Shown here one piece after another: positions 18,171-28,924 of a DNA stretch of 64,000 bases; the first letter of the stretch is position 1; each line of letters starts with the position of its first letter. The notes under the pieces are model-generated. The model worked only from the letters and a program-made list of their open reading frames with translations, ran no database searches and had not been told where the DNA came from. The translations under genes and the position numbers were made by a program. Location of the stretch: assembly GCA_965216565.1 (NCBI GenBank), contig OZ244170.1:2080001-2144000 (forward strand), given 5' to 3'. Origin of the DNA: Bythopirellula sp. Lineage in GTDB: Bacteria; Planctomycetota; Planctomycetia; Pirellulales; Lacipirellulaceae.

Positions 18171-19553
18171 ATGAGAGCCCTAAGCTTAGCAGTACTACTT
18201 GTCTTAACGCTTTTCGCGTCCCCGGCTATCGCTGAGAATACTAAGCCGAATGTCTTGTTCATCGCAATCGATGATCTGCGTCCCGAACTCGGCTGCTATG
18301 GCAATGCGGTTGTGAAGTCGCCGAATATCGACAAGCTGGCATCACATGGAATGAGGTTTGATCGAGCGTATTGCCAGGTCGCGGTATGCGGTGCCTCTCG
18401 TGCCAGTATGATGACTAGCATCCTCCCAACAAGCACGCGCTTTACACGCTTCAATTCACGAGCGGATGAAGATACCCCTGGTGCTATTACCATGGCCCAG
18501 GTTTTCAAAGAAGCCGGATATACCACTTTGGCAAATGGCAAAATCTTCCACGTCAGCTCCGATACAGCCGAGCGTAGCTGGAGCCGACCCGTCCAAGCTC
18601 CGGGGATAGCTCACACAAAATACCTTGATCCCACTACAGGCAGTGTGATGTCTGAGGAAGGCCACGGACTTTTCTTTGAATGCGTTGAGGCAGCTGACGA
18701 GGAATATGGAGATGGAATTGTAGCCCAAGACACCATCGCCGACCTGCGCAGACTCAAGCAATCTGGAGAACCCTTTTTCTTAGCCTGCGGGTTTATACGT
18801 CCGCACCTTCCCTTCTATGCTCCGAAGAAATATTGGGATCTTTACGATGAAGCAACCCTTCCGCTCGCCACCAACCAATACCGACCTCAAGATGCCCCGA
18901 AATCACTGCGAGGGTTCAAGGAATACGCCGTCTATTTCTTGGATGATTACGAGCCGGGGACGGAAGCCTTTCATCGAAAGATGCGTCACGGATACTACGC
19001 TGCGACCAGCTATGCTGACAAACTGACGGGCGATGTGCTGAACGAGCTCGAAGCGTTGGGTTTAGCTGACAATACCATCGTCGTCATTTGGGGAGATCAT
19101 GGCTGGCACCTCGGCGAGCATGACTTCTGGGGAAAGCACAACACTCTGCACAATGCACTTCGCATTCCGCTCATCGTAAAAGTGCCAGGGAAAACGGCCG
19201 GTACTTCCGAGTCACTGGTGCAGGCAGTCGACATCTTTCCAACTCTTTGCTCACTCGCGGGACTCGACGTCCCGAATTCGGTTCAAGGGTATAGTTTCGA
19301 ATCGCTACTGGATGATCCAAAAAAGAATATCTATGACGATGTCTATTCCCGCTTCAAGAATGCCGATGCCGTGGTCACGCATCGCTTTACTTATTCGCTG
19401 TTCGCGAATGGTGAAGAGATGCTTTTTGACCTGGAAAAGGACCCAGAAGAAAATCGTAACCTAGCCAATCGGCCGGACTATGCCAGCACTCTTCAGGCCA
19501 TGCGAAGTAAGCTGAAAGACCGGGTCAAGCTCGCGAAAGCAGCCACCTACTAA
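18171..19553 (+). CDS. Sulfatase (S1, iduronate-2-sulfatase/S1_7-like)
   Basis: KPNVLFIAIDDLRPEL, CGASR, GKIFH, GFIRPHLPF and WGDHGWHLGEH..WGKH. Confidence 0.93.
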   Translation: MRALSLAVLLVLTLFASPAIAENTKPNVLFIAIDDLRPELGCYGNAVVKSPNIDKLASHGMRFDRAYCQVAVCGASRASMMTSILPTSTRFTRFNSRADEDTPGAITMAQVFKEAGYTTLANGKIFHVSSDTAERSWSRPVQAPGIAHTKYLDPTTGSVMSEEGHGLFFECVEAADEEYGDGIVAQDTIADLRRLKQSGEPFFLACGFIRPHLPFYAPKKYWDLYDEATLPLATNQYRPQDAPKSLRGFKEYAVYFLDDYEPGTEAFHRKMRHGYYAATSYADKLTGDVLNELEALGLADNTIVVIWGDHGWHLGEHDFWGKHNTLHNALRIPLIVKVPGKTAGTSESLVQAVDIFPTLCSLAGLDVPNSVQGYSFESLLDDPKKNIYDDVYSRFKNADAVVTHRFTYSLFANGEEMLFDLEKDPEENRNLANRPDYASTLQAMRSKLKDRVKLAKAATY

Positions 19554-19640
19554 TTGCAGAGTTTCGGCAGAAAACTGCTCCTGTAGAGGATCAATAGAGC
19601 ACTTAGAGGAACTTTTTTGAACCCGTTCGGTTGCAATAAA

Positions 19641-19681
19641 CATGCAAGGGAGGCGTACTGCCCCGACGCTCCCCTTGCATG
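19641..19681. terminator. Hairpin between convergent genes, likely terminator
   Basis: CATGCAAGGG...CCCTTGCATG stem, extendable inward by GCGT/ACGC. Confidence 0.6.
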
Positions 19682-19728
19682 CTGCTATTGTGACTAGCAC
19701 GAAAGCGTATCTCTCGCTCGAGAGTCAA

Positions 19729-21573
19729 TTAGTTGGCACGTCTCCGAATGAAGGCTGCCGAGAGTGCCATCCCAAGGAGTGCCAACGAGCTGGGCTCCGG
19801 AACAGCACTCACTGCCGACAAACCTCCTACACCGTAGTTGGATTGCCAAGTTGGGATCTGCGAGGGGTCGTTTACTTGCCAACCCAAGAAGTCGAGCCCG
19901 TCTACATCTCCATCTCCGTCGAAATCACCGGGGACCGTAGTAACTAGAGCGGCAATTGCTGCCACGTCGGCGGCGTCGAAGGTATCGAACGGGGCGGCCA
20001 AATCGAACTCAGATAGATTCAGAGCCTCCAATATTTCGGACGCCAGGTTGCCGCTTCCGGTGTTGAGTAGAGTACTCTGACGAACGGCTGCCGTATCGCC
20101 ACCATTTCCGTCTAGGTAGAGCTGTGCCAAATTGACGTCGGCTTGCGTGACCAATCCGTCCTTGTTGACGTCACCGGCTACAAAGCCACTCAAAGCTAGC
20201 GAGAAGTTATCGAGCCGCGTTTGAGAAACAATCGCAGTGGTGGCATGGTCGTTCGGAGTGACAGTTCCTCCAGGAAAGCCGGGAATGGAAGTAGTGTTAA
20301 CGGCCTGAGCAATCAGGTTCACCTCACCACTATCTTGTGCCGCCTTCAGATCGGAACCACTGATGGTCAGGGTTTGTGTACTCCCTGGCGTGATGTTGGG
20401 CAACAGCTGACTGAAGAGTGAGCCATTCACGGCAGTATTGGGATTGGTGGAGTTAGTTCCAGTGGTCAAAGCAACGGTGAGAGTTGTGCTTCCATCATTG
20501 AAAGCGTAGTCGACATCGAAAGAGAGCTCATACGTTGCATTCGGATCAACCGTCACACCGTTAAGAATATCTGTCTGCGTCATACCATTCAGGTAGCCTG
20601 CTGCAGAGTTTAGCGAGAAGCGTTCCGAGGTGGTGCTCCAGTGGGTATCGAGATAGTAGGAGCCTTGATTGCCGCTGCCAGCATTGAGGAGATTTAGCCC
20701 AGTACCATCAGGGCCGTTTACAGCTGCAACAATCCCATCCGGGTCGTTGTTGTAGGGTGCCCAGTGATCGACATCCACGGCACTTCCACGGAAGGGGCCG
20801 AAGTGGCCATGCCCTCCGTTAATGTTAGCCGCTGTTGAATTTGAGCCAGTCGCTAAGCCAGTAACGTCAGAGAGGTCGCCGTTTTGAACGATATTGGCAG
20901 GAGAAATAGCGGGGAAGGGTTGGATGCTGTTACTACGGCCCAGTACGATGTTGTCAAACGACATCTCGGTGCCAATAGCGGAGTTTTCTCTAATTGGGTC
21001 GATTCGAAGTTCTTTGACATTCATCGCCCACGTACCATCGCTTACATCGTGCTGCACGGTATAGGTGTGATATTGGCCGTCTGTTTGGAGCTCCGGAGCC
21101 GTATCACCGCTTGACGTCCAAGTTCCAGTGCCCGTATTCACATAGAAGTGCACGTTACTCGGACTTCCTGAGACGGGTACCATGAACTGTTGCCCACGCA
21201 CGGCGGAATCCGAGATCGCAGCTCCGGGTAGGCTATCGAAGCGTAGGTCGAATTGCACAATGTCATACTGCCCAGGAAGGTCGCCAATTACGAAGGATTG
21301 TCCCGTTAGTCTTAGATAGGGGTCGTTGGCTGTAGTTGGAGTAATGTTTCGAAGATCGTTGTTGTTTGGATCGAGACCTCCAAAGTCGCTGCTGGGGTCT
21401 TGCTTCCAACCCTGAACAGTTCCATCATCGAAGTCACCGCGGACTAGTATGTCACTTACTACAGGGGCAGGGTTGCCATTGGGATCGAATCCGTCCAAAT
21501 AAGTAACCGCTGCCTGGGCAGAGCTTACGGCCAATACAATCGTGAAGCAGCTTAACGCCTGAAGAACTCTCAT
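19729..21573 (-). CDS. PEP-CTERM surface protein with two putative beta-sandwich domains and a dockerin-like repeat
   Basis: Signal peptide; NDPY...DGQYHTY...W...LRIDP domain; AGDVNKDGLVTQADV; PGDFDGDGDVDGLDFLGWQ; VPEPSS + TM + RRR. Confidence 0.88.
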   Translation of the reverse strand: MRVLQALSCFTIVLAVSSAQAAVTYLDGFDPNGNPAPVVSDILVRGDFDDGTVQGWKQDPSSDFGGLDPNNNDLRNITPTTANDPYLRLTGQSFVIGDLPGQYDIVQFDLRFDSLPGAAISDSAVRGQQFMVPVSGSPSNVHFYVNTGTGTWTSSGDTAPELQTDGQYHTYTVQHDVSDGTWAMNVKELRIDPIRENSAIGTEMSFDNIVLGRSNSIQPFPAISPANIVQNGDLSDVTGLATGSNSTAANINGGHGHFGPFRGSAVDVDHWAPYNNDPDGIVAAVNGPDGTGLNLLNAGSGNQGSYYLDTHWSTTSERFSLNSAAGYLNGMTQTDILNGVTVDPNATYELSFDVDYAFNDGSTTLTVALTTGTNSTNPNTAVNGSLFSQLLPNITPGSTQTLTISGSDLKAAQDSGEVNLIAQAVNTTSIPGFPGGTVTPNDHATTAIVSQTRLDNFSLALSGFVAGDVNKDGLVTQADVNLAQLYLDGNGGDTAAVRQSTLLNTGSGNLASEILEALNLSEFDLAAPFDTFDAADVAAIAALVTTVPGDFDGDGDVDGLDFLGWQVNDPSQIPTWQSNYGVGGLSAVSAVPEPSSLALLGMALSAAFIRRRAN

Positions 21574-21748
21574 CTTAGATCCCCTCCGAGTACAAGAACC
21601 AATTTTCTATGTCTGAAGAATCAGGACAACTTGACTGGCATCGCTCTAGCCATGCCAATGTCGTCAATTGAAACAAAGTGTTTGAAAAAAGTCCGTCAGG
21701 ACGAATGAAAAGGGCAGTCTATCGGGCAAGTCGCCCGATCCACCTTAG

Positions 21749-21775
21749 AACGACCGAGGGGACACAACTTAGACA
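21749..21775 (-). promoter_or_regulatory. Putative ECF-sigma promoter TGTCTA-N17-CGTT for the PEP-CTERM gene at 21573
   Basis: Minus strand TGTCTA agttgtgtcccctcggt CGTT ctaa (one mismatch to TGTCCA). Confidence 0.6.
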
Positions 21776-21970
21776 GAAAATCTTCGATGTTTTCAAAAAA
21801 GAAATGCGCGTGCTAGAGCTTGCTTACTTGAAACGCTAGGGCTGACTTTCGTTGCGGCGCAACACTACGAATAGCCATAGAGGCCCATGAAGAAATACTG
21901 TGATACCACGTCGGTCGCTAAGATAATTCTCAGTCGAGGTCGATGGCCAGTTCATCCAGACCTGCAGTGT

Positions 21971-23017
21971 TTATTTGGGGCCGTCAGTCTGGAGCGACGC
22001 TAGTCTGCTGCGATATTCCGTCAAGTTCTCTGCTTTGACAGCTAAACAAGGTATGTAGCGAGTGCTAGGCACGGCAAAGAGTCCTGCAGAAGCCTGTTGC
22101 TCGTTCTTCGAAAACTCCACCAACGCCTTCACTACTTCGTATCCGTATTCGTACGGCGTTTGCGCAACAGTTGCATAGATGTGGCCTGCCTCGATCCCAG
22201 CGAGAGTCGGGGCTTGGTCATCGAAAGTAACTAACTTGACGTCACCAAGTTTTTGCCCCTCCTCGAGGGCTTTCAAGCACATTGGCCCGTTGTAGCCGTA
22301 CAGGGCGATCATCCCTGCAAGGTCGGGATGCTCTTCTAGGGCACGGGTGGCATTCTCTTTTGCCGCTGCCGGCTTCATGCCATCGACATAGGTGGCAACA
22401 ATCGTAAAATCGCCCGCCTCAATTGGTTGGCCAATGGGATCGAGGTTCGCACCGGGCGTTCTTGCGATTCCTTTTAAGGCATCCACCAAACCTTGCCTAC
22501 GAAGCTGCGCATTCTGGCGATCGTGTGTTCCGACAAATAACGCGATTTTTCCCCCCTCAGGTAGCGCTTCCCTGATGAGTTGCCCACACAATGTGCCGGC
22601 TACATAGTTGTTTGTACCTACATGGCGATGGCAAACAGCTTCCGGAGTTTCGTTGTCATAAGTGACTACTTTGGTGCGGGTTGCCAGGGAACTAATAATT
22701 CGTGCCTGTTCTCCTGGTTGTAGAGGACTAATGGCAACTCCATGGAAATCGCTCGGGTCGAATTTCATCAGCAGTTCGGTCTGGCTTGAGGCACCTTCCT
22801 CTGGAACGATGAACTCGAGGCTTGCTTTGAATTGCTTGGCAGCATCTTTTGCCCCACTAGAAACTTGTTTACGGAATGGCTCTGAGCCTCCCAGGACAAC
22901 TGCAATACGAGGGTTTTCAGATGTACTTGGCGTATCAACTTCGCCTTGATTGTAGGAATAAGCGACGAAGACAGCCAAACACACCGACACCCAAAACCAG
23001 ATATTCTTGATCACCAT
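21971..23017 (-). CDS. Periplasmic sugar-binding protein (RbsB/Peripla_BP_4 type) with N-terminal membrane anchor
   Basis: GVAISP, VVTYD, VGTNNYVAG, R.QGL, LVTFDD...GHIYATVAQTPYEYGY. Confidence 0.9.
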   Translation of the reverse strand: MVIKNIWFWVSVCLAVFVAYSYNQGEVDTPSTSENPRIAVVLGGSEPFRKQVSSGAKDAAKQFKASLEFIVPEEGASSQTELLMKFDPSDFHGVAISPLQPGEQARIISSLATRTKVVTYDNETPEAVCHRHVGTNNYVAGTLCGQLIREALPEGGKIALFVGTHDRQNAQLRRQGLVDALKGIARTPGANLDPIGQPIEAGDFTIVATYVDGMKPAAAKENATRALEEHPDLAGMIALYGYNGPMCLKALEEGQKLGDVKLVTFDDQAPTLAGIEAGHIYATVAQTPYEYGYEVVKALVEFSKNEQQASAGLFAVPSTRYIPCLAVKAENLTEYRSRLASLQTDGPK

Positions 23018-23365
23018 GTACCTCTAGTTATTCGTAAAATGTGAGTTGGATGTGTGGGGTTAGAATAATAAATCTAGGGGCCGACTCCCCAAGCAAGTTC
23101 TGGTGCCCTAGTAGCAATGTACAATAATGCAGTCTTAGGAATGGATTTCAACTCGCAACGCGGCGGTCGACGGACTCGAAAGCCATCAAGCAGAGAGGCC
23201 CTATCAATTAGATTCATCGAGTCCGTCGAGGCCCGTTAGCAAGTCCGAACACCTTCCCTACGAAAGCCTGGGATTCAAAGCATCGCTGCGCCCATCAATC
23301 GACTGCTCAAAATCCGTAAGCTACCTACTGTGGTCTTGTGTTAGCGGCATTTTCCTCTGTTGAGT

Positions 23366-23392
23366 TACGTCCTAGCAACCGGATTGTGGACA
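23366..23392 (-). promoter_or_regulatory. Putative ECF-sigma promoter TGTCCA-N17-CGTA for the sugar-binding protein gene
   Basis: Minus strand TGTCCA caatccggttgctagga CGTA actc. Confidence 0.68.
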
Positions 23393-23411
23393 GAAATATT
23401 CACATTTTTTT

Positions 23412-23438
23412 TGTCCACCATCACCCGCATATTGCGTG
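23412..23438 (+). promoter_or_regulatory. Putative ECF-sigma promoter TGTCCA-N17-CGTG for the DUF1559 gene at 23614
   Basis: TGTCCA ccatcacccgcatattg CGTG tttt; back-to-back with the 23366-23392 site. Confidence 0.68.
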
Positions 23439-23613
23439 TTTTGTAGGAGGTTAAGAGCAAAGCTGCTTCTTAATGGCTCGGCAGAAAGGTGCTTCAAGGA
23501 AGAATCACTGACAGATGATTTGACCTGTAATAATCGATGTTGAGCACCCAAATGCGACAATACCAAGCTGGGCTTGAAAAGAGGCCCTCCCTAAACACAA
23601 AACGGATTACACC

Positions 23614-24663
23614 ATGAATCGATTTAGAAGAAGCAACCCTCTTCAGGTATCTAGCAACTACAGCCTTCGTATGGGTGGATTTACGCTCGTCGAACTGCTG
23701 GTTGTGATCGCCATTATTGGCGTATTGGTCGCTTTGTTGCTGCCTGCCGTTCAGGCAGCGCGTGAGGCCGCACGCCGTGCGCAATGTCAGAATCATTTGA
23801 GACAGCTTGGGATTGCCTGTCAAAACTATGCGTCGGCACGCAAGAGTTTTCCGCCTGCGAACGGAAAGTTGTCTCCTGACGAGGAGAAACGTAATAGCCG
23901 CGATGTAGGAAATTGGAGCTATCTTGCTTTTTTGACTCCCTATGTTGAGCAGGAGAATCTGAAGGACCTTTTAGACCCGAAGTTCGCATACGATCGACAA
24001 ACTCCTGAGGTCCGTGAGTTTTTAAATACGACTCCCATTCCGGGTTTCAAGTGTCCGTCATTCGCTTCTGAGCAACCGGTGATTATTGGTGACTTTGGAA
24101 TGGGAAATGAGTTTGAGACTCTAGGAACTGCCACGCATTACCTCGCCGTGCTGGGTGCCAATCTCGATGAGTACACGGGGACCGATCTCGTGCCCGGTTG
24201 TGGGGCAGGAAACCGTGTTAATGAGAGTAGTCCCTACACAATGCTAGAGAATTCTTCCGGTAACGGGCGATGCCATACTGGTGGCGAAGGGAAAGTTGCA
24301 ATCAATGGAGTGATCACTTTTCAGGGCAAGGTCGACTTCCGCAACATTACGGACGGCACCAGCCATACGTTTATCATCGGCGAGACGGGATTTGGCGAAC
24401 CCGAGGAGCAACGGACACGCGGCTGGTGGATCGGGGCTGCCACAACTTGGTTCTACAACGCCCACAATCTTACCTATCCCCTGAATAGTGCTCCAATGCG
24501 TGGCCCGCGACGAAACGAACTCGGTTTTGGGTCCGTGCATCCGGGAGGTTGTCATTTTGCGATGGCTGATGGATCGGTGCATTTTATCCAAGAAGACATT
24601 AGGCTCCGAGACCTCTACGCATTTGCAAGTCGTGCAGGGAATGAGGTTATGAACATTCCCTAG
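23614..24663 (+). CDS. DUF1559 prepilin-type domain protein
   Basis: [15 protein letters not shown]...AREAARR, ITDGTSHT and HPGGCHFAMADGSV. Confidence 0.95.
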   Translation: MNRFRRSNPLQVSSNYSLRMGGFTLVELLVVIAIIGVLVALLLPAVQAAREAARRAQCQNHLRQLGIACQNYASARKSFPPANGKLSPDEEKRNSRDVGNWSYLAFLTPYVEQENLKDLLDPKFAYDRQTPEVREFLNTTPIPGFKCPSFASEQPVIIGDFGMGNEFETLGTATHYLAVLGANLDEYTGTDLVPGCGAGNRVNESSPYTMLENSSGNGRCHTGGEGKVAINGVITFQGKVDFRNITDGTSHTFIIGETGFGEPEEQRTRGWWIGAATTWFYNAHNLTYPLNSAPMRGPRRNELGFGSVHPGGCHFAMADGSVHFIQEDIRLRDLYAFASRAGNEVMNIP

Positions 24664-24728
24664 TTGACCGCCCCCTAGGAGACTGCCGGTCTAATCAAGA
24701 GAACTTGCTAGGCAGTTGTATCTGTCGA

Positions 24729-27700
24729 TCATCGAAGGGGCAGAGCGACTACCTTTCCCAGATGCAGCCGTACTGATTGACTTAGTCCAGCGAAATCTAG
24801 TGGCGATTTAGGAGGGGGGGTGTGAAAGGTCCAAGTCTTGCGTTGTGTCTTAGGCAATTCTGCGTCATAAGCCAGGCGGTTATGCCAGGTGTTTGTGACA
24901 GATACGGTCAGTTCGTTTTCTCCTGCTGTGACGTACTTGGTGATGTCCTGGCGAAACGGCGCGGCCCACATTACTCCAGCCTCTTGCCCATTTATTTCGA
25001 CTTTCGCAATGTTTCCCACCCGACCAAGGTCTAACATCAGTCGCTCATCAGCTTTCAGTTGACTGTGCGAGAATACTGTTCGATACGTCGCAGTACCAGA
25101 AAAGTGACGAGTTGCTTTGTCCCTCAGTTCAGACCACGGTTTGATATGGTTGAGTTCCACCGATTTCTTCGTATCCCATCCTGAGGGAAACTCCAAGGTC
25201 CAATTCTCTTTGAGTGGTATCATTTTTGTTCCAGCGATGTTCACGGAAGAAGTTTCTTTGTTAGTTCGCGTAAACCGATACTCTCCGTCATTCCAAGCAA
25301 CTAGGGTCTGACCACTTTCGACTAGATCGAATGTTAGTGGGTTCGGTTCAACCCAAGGTTGGATTGGCTCGGTGCGAGACAGACCAAAAGGTGGAAACGG
25401 GCCGGCAGTGTCTTTGCGACTTTGGTCGCTGGCGTCCGTAAGAACTTTGCCGTCAAGCTCGACCCTTTGGATTGACGGCTGCGTTTGGCCCGTTCGAAAT
25501 ACCAGGAATGCGGAACCGGCTACAGGCAAACGCATCGGAATTGTGGTGCCCTGGTCATCACTATGGAAGACTGAAATTGGGCTAACTTCGCCGCTGATAG
25601 GATCCCAAATTTCGGGCACACCCTTGGCGCGAAACTTAAGATTCGCAACAAGGGGTACTGTCCGATCTCCAATCACAAAATAGATATCTGTGTCGTCAAC
25701 ACGACGATGGCACCATCTTGCGGGAAGAACCCCACTCACATCGGGCAGGATTTCTAGCTTCTCGAGCGAATGTGCCAGATCACCTCCCCAGAGCAACCTC
25801 CCTTTGCCAATGCGACGGTCACCCGTCTCCGTAGGCTCATTTCCCCAGAGCTCTTCTGTTAGAGATTGAAATGCCTCTTCGGCTTTTGCTCCATTAGTCA
25901 AGGAGGGATTCATTATGGGTGCTTCACCAACAACAGTCGCACCAGCAGTCAGAAGCTCTTTGATCTTTGCAAGCGTGCTGGACGTAAGCCTTTGGCATTG
26001 CTCGCTCGGGAGCCATAGCACCCGCCAACTCGTACCCTCGGGCACAACCAACTCTCCATCGCGAACCGTAAGTCGAGTCTGCAATGCGTCGGCATTCAGG
26101 TAATCGAAGTGGTATCCAGAAGGAAACGGTGCATTCTGCCTGGGCCTGTGATCGATATCATCACCGAGGTACCACAGTACATCGGCAACGGGTTGCCCCT
26201 GCTCGAGCATGGTCCCGCATCGCGATAGATATTCGGTGAATAACGGCATATGCTTCCACCACGTTTGCCCGCGCAGAAAAGGGGTGCCGATCCGATTGCC
26301 GAATGATGTTCCAGGCACCCGGTCGAGAGGATTGTGCGTGTAGGTATGAAATACTAAATGCGTCACACCGAGAGCAAAACTGCGGTCCGCAAGATGCTTC
26401 AGTGCGAATGGATGCTCGCGCCAATCTATCGGAATGCTAGTGAACGACTCAGCCGCGACGCGCGGTTTTCCATAGATGTGTGCCGCCGATGCAGTAACCG
26501 CGATTGGCTTGGCCTCTAATCCCCCATCGTGCGGATCATTCGGCTGCCAAAACTCACACATCGGGACGTCTGCCGCTTTGTAGTACTCCAATATGTCGCC
26601 GGGCGACACGTCCCCAACAGATGTTTCAAACGATAATTGCAGATCACGCTCGTGCCCCAGCTTAGCCAATCGCCCGTAATAGTTCTCGACAATCAAATCG
26701 CTGATCGTCGCCCGCCAGTCTCGCAAAAAGCGTTCGCTGGTCTGGTGATCGTTCACTACCCAGCCCGCCAAAGCCGGTAGCCAAGGACGCAATGCATATC
26801 CTCTGCGACTCTCAAACTCCTGCTCCATCGCTGGTGTCCAGGTTTGGGTGTAGCATTCCCAGCTATCGATCAACATGCCATGCAGTCGGCCGGCATCGGC
26901 TGCGCCACCAGGTTTGGATAATCGACCAATGTATCCTTCAAAGTGTTGGTCTGCCCCAACAGTCGAGAGTTTGTCACATTCAAAGCCGGTTGCCTCGGGG
27001 GGGGCTGGTTTATTCTTAACCCCGGTGTTGACGTGACCAAATCGGGTTACTATCCAGTCACCGGGCGGTGCATCCCAATTCAAATGCCCCGACCGACCGA
27101 CGTAGTCGGTCAAATCAATCACGGATTCTCTTTTTATCCAGGCACCAGGTGACTGGATTGGGTTGGAGGCTCGCTCAAGGCTCCTTAATGCATAGCCAGC
27201 CTGTGCTCGCCAGTCTTGTGTTCGTGCCAATGCGGAAAGACGAAGGTAGGAAATCTCCATCGGTCGGTTGTTGTAGAAATCGATTCGATAGTGAGTGGAC
27301 TTCGCATCGGGAACGGCCAACACATACGGATACTCACTCTGCCGATCTTGCCAGGTGCCTCGAGGTACAACGTGTCGAACCAATTCTCTCCAGACACTAC
27401 CATCTTGGATGCAGACGGCAATCGTTGTATCTGGATCAAAGTTCGCACGCTTCATCAGGTGTTCAATCGGCGGCAACTCGATTGATCTCACAGTTGTGGG
27501 ATTCTTAAAGGTAAGTTCTAACTGTGCGGGCTTGTCTCCAACGGGGATCTGAACCACTGCTTCATTTCCAGCCAGCCAGTCATTCCATGCCGGATCGGGC
27601 GGGTTGCTGACAACTTTTTCTGGCATCAACCACGCCTCGCTATTGCCTTCAGGAGCAGGGAAAGCGAGTACTGCGATATCCTTGTAATCTCGCCAATCTT

Positions 27701-28208
27701 CTTCGCTGGGTTGGGGAACTTTCAGGTCGATCGAAATATGCCTGCCGCCAATGATGCTGTGGCGACTAGAAATGAGGTGACGCATTGCCTTGTCGGGGGT
27801 GATCCAAGGGCCCCCAGACATCGCCCAACCAGGACAATTTTGCATCGTGAATCGAAGCCCCAAACGCTCGGTCTCGTCTGCGACGTGGCTAATCAGTGAG
27901 TCCCAGGTCGGGCTGAGGGTTTGGATTTGGGGTTCCACGCCCGGCCATGGTCGTCCTTTTCCGTGGAACAACTGGATCCCGCTGATACCCGCCTGATGAA
28001 CTGCTGCTAGGTCTTTCGTCAACGCACCTTTGTCAACGTTGCCCCCAATCAAGTGGAACCATGTCTCTGGAAACGAGTCGCGAGGAGGGGACCTGAAGGT
28101 AGTTGCCAGTTGCGACTCATCTAATCCTTTTGCAGGAGACAGGCTGCAAGCAGCTATGCTAATAGTGATCGCAGATACAATTCGAATAATATGACAGTGT
28201 TTCTTCAT
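24729..28208 (-). CDS. Glycoside hydrolase family 106 (alpha-L-rhamnosidase-like)
   Basis: PETWFHLIGGNV, GWAMSGGPWITP, GFECDK, IDSWE, PMCEFW, AAESFT, FHTYTH and FSGTATY...LDLG.V...N.L.V.VTNTW.NRL. Confidence 0.9.
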   Translation of the reverse strand: MKKHCHIIRIVSAITISIAACSLSPAKGLDESQLATTFRSPPRDSFPETWFHLIGGNVDKGALTKDLAAVHQAGISGIQLFHGKGRPWPGVEPQIQTLSPTWDSLISHVADETERLGLRFTMQNCPGWAMSGGPWITPDKAMRHLISSRHSIIGGRHISIDLKVPQPSEEDWRDYKDIAVLAFPAPEGNSEAWLMPEKVVSNPPDPAWNDWLAGNEAVVQIPVGDKPAQLELTFKNPTTVRSIELPPIEHLMKRANFDPDTTIAVCIQDGSVWRELVRHVVPRGTWQDRQSEYPYVLAVPDAKSTHYRIDFYNNRPMEISYLRLSALARTQDWRAQAGYALRSLERASNPIQSPGAWIKRESVIDLTDYVGRSGHLNWDAPPGDWIVTRFGHVNTGVKNKPAPPEATGFECDKLSTVGADQHFEGYIGRLSKPGGAADAGRLHGMLIDSWECYTQTWTPAMEQEFESRRGYALRPWLPALAGWVVNDHQTSERFLRDWRATISDLIVENYYGRLAKLGHERDLQLSFETSVGDVSPGDILEYYKAADVPMCEFWQPNDPHDGGLEAKPIAVTASAAHIYGKPRVAAESFTSIPIDWREHPFALKHLADRSFALGVTHLVFHTYTHNPLDRVPGTSFGNRIGTPFLRGQTWWKHMPLFTEYLSRCGTMLEQGQPVADVLWYLGDDIDHRPRQNAPFPSGYHFDYLNADALQTRLTVRDGELVVPEGTSWRVLWLPSEQCQRLTSSTLAKIKELLTAGATVVGEAPIMNPSLTNGAKAEEAFQSLTEELWGNEPTETGDRRIGKGRLLWGGDLAHSLEKLEILPDVSGVLPARWCHRRVDDTDIYFVIGDRTVPLVANLKFRAKGVPEIWDPISGEVSPISVFHSDDQGTTIPMRLPVAGSAFLVFRTGQTQPSIQRVELDGKVLTDASDQSRKDTAGPFPPFGLSRTEPIQPWVEPNPLTFDLVESGQTLVAWNDGEYRFTRTNKETSSVNIAGTKMIPLKENWTLEFPSGWDTKKSVELNHIKPWSELRDKATRHFSGTATYRTVFSHSQLKADERLMLDLGRVGNIAKVEINGQEAGVMWAAPFRQDITKYVTAGENELTVSVTNTWHNRLAYDAELPKTQRKTWTFHTPPPKSPLDFAGLSQSVRLHLGKVVALPLR

Positions 28209-28358
28209 TGAATGACCATGAACGGATCTTTTGAGACATGCGATTTAAATCATCTCTACAATCTTCCGCCGCGACTCCAAACCGCAATCCTGTTTTCTAT
28301 ACCAGTCAGTTAGACAATCTTGCGTTGGGAAGGAGGATTTGAATGTCCAAGTTCGGCA

Positions 28359-28892
28359 TCAATTCGTGGACAACTCAATCGGCAATTCGTTGTCGGTATC
28401 GGGCTTTACCGTCACAGTGAGTCCAGAAGTCCGCGCACTCGTATAATGCCGCGGGATTATTTTCGCGGTGACGGAGAGGGGCATCCCTTCCTGCGGAGGC
28501 GGTGGAAGTACAGAAACGGCATGCGACCCGATTTGCGCCCCATCGCTATCCGTGTCAGTACCCAAGATAAATGTGCCATCCGTCTGGATACTCCCCTTGG
28601 CCATCTTGCCTTCTACTGGTGTCACAAATACGAAACCCTCAGTCAACGGCTTTCCGTCAAGAGTTACAAAGCCATGCACCGGGGCTAAACCATCTCTTGA
28701 GCCTCCACACCCAACTAGGCCCATTGTGCCAATTACTAAAGGCAATAGGATTCGACGTGTACTCGGCGTTAGCCCAGAGTCAACTGTCGAAGCTTTAATG
28801 TTGGATCCCTGGGAACGTTCGTTTCGCGGACTCACCACGTAGCAAATGTCTCCGACCATGTTAAAGTTCTTCCCAGTTGCGCTAGTGATCAA
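28359..28892 (-). CDS. DUF1559-associated small lipoprotein
   Basis: LVGC lipobox, V.G.VTLDGKPL, DGTFILGT..DGAQIGSH.V and IPRHY. The start is probably downstream of the one called. Confidence 0.85.
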   Translation of the reverse strand: MITSATGKNFNMVGDICYVVSPRNERSQGSNIKASTVDSGLTPSTRRILLPLVIGTMGLVGCGGSRDGLAPVHGFVTLDGKPLTEGFVFVTPVEGKMAKGSIQTDGTFILGTDTDSDGAQIGSHAVSVLPPPPQEGMPLSVTAKIIPRHYTSARTSGLTVTVKPDTDNELPIELSTN

Positions 28893-28924
28893 TGGGCATA
28901 GGTCAATGATTATCGGGACACGCG

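Noticed and set aside
20130..20180. Dockerin-like repeat as evidence of a cellulosome
   Set aside because: No cohesin or scaffoldin is in the window, and such repeats are common in planctomycete secreted proteins.
28290..28316. TGTCTA upstream of GH106 (28208) as an ECF promoter
   Set aside because: There is no CGT at the 17-nt spacing.
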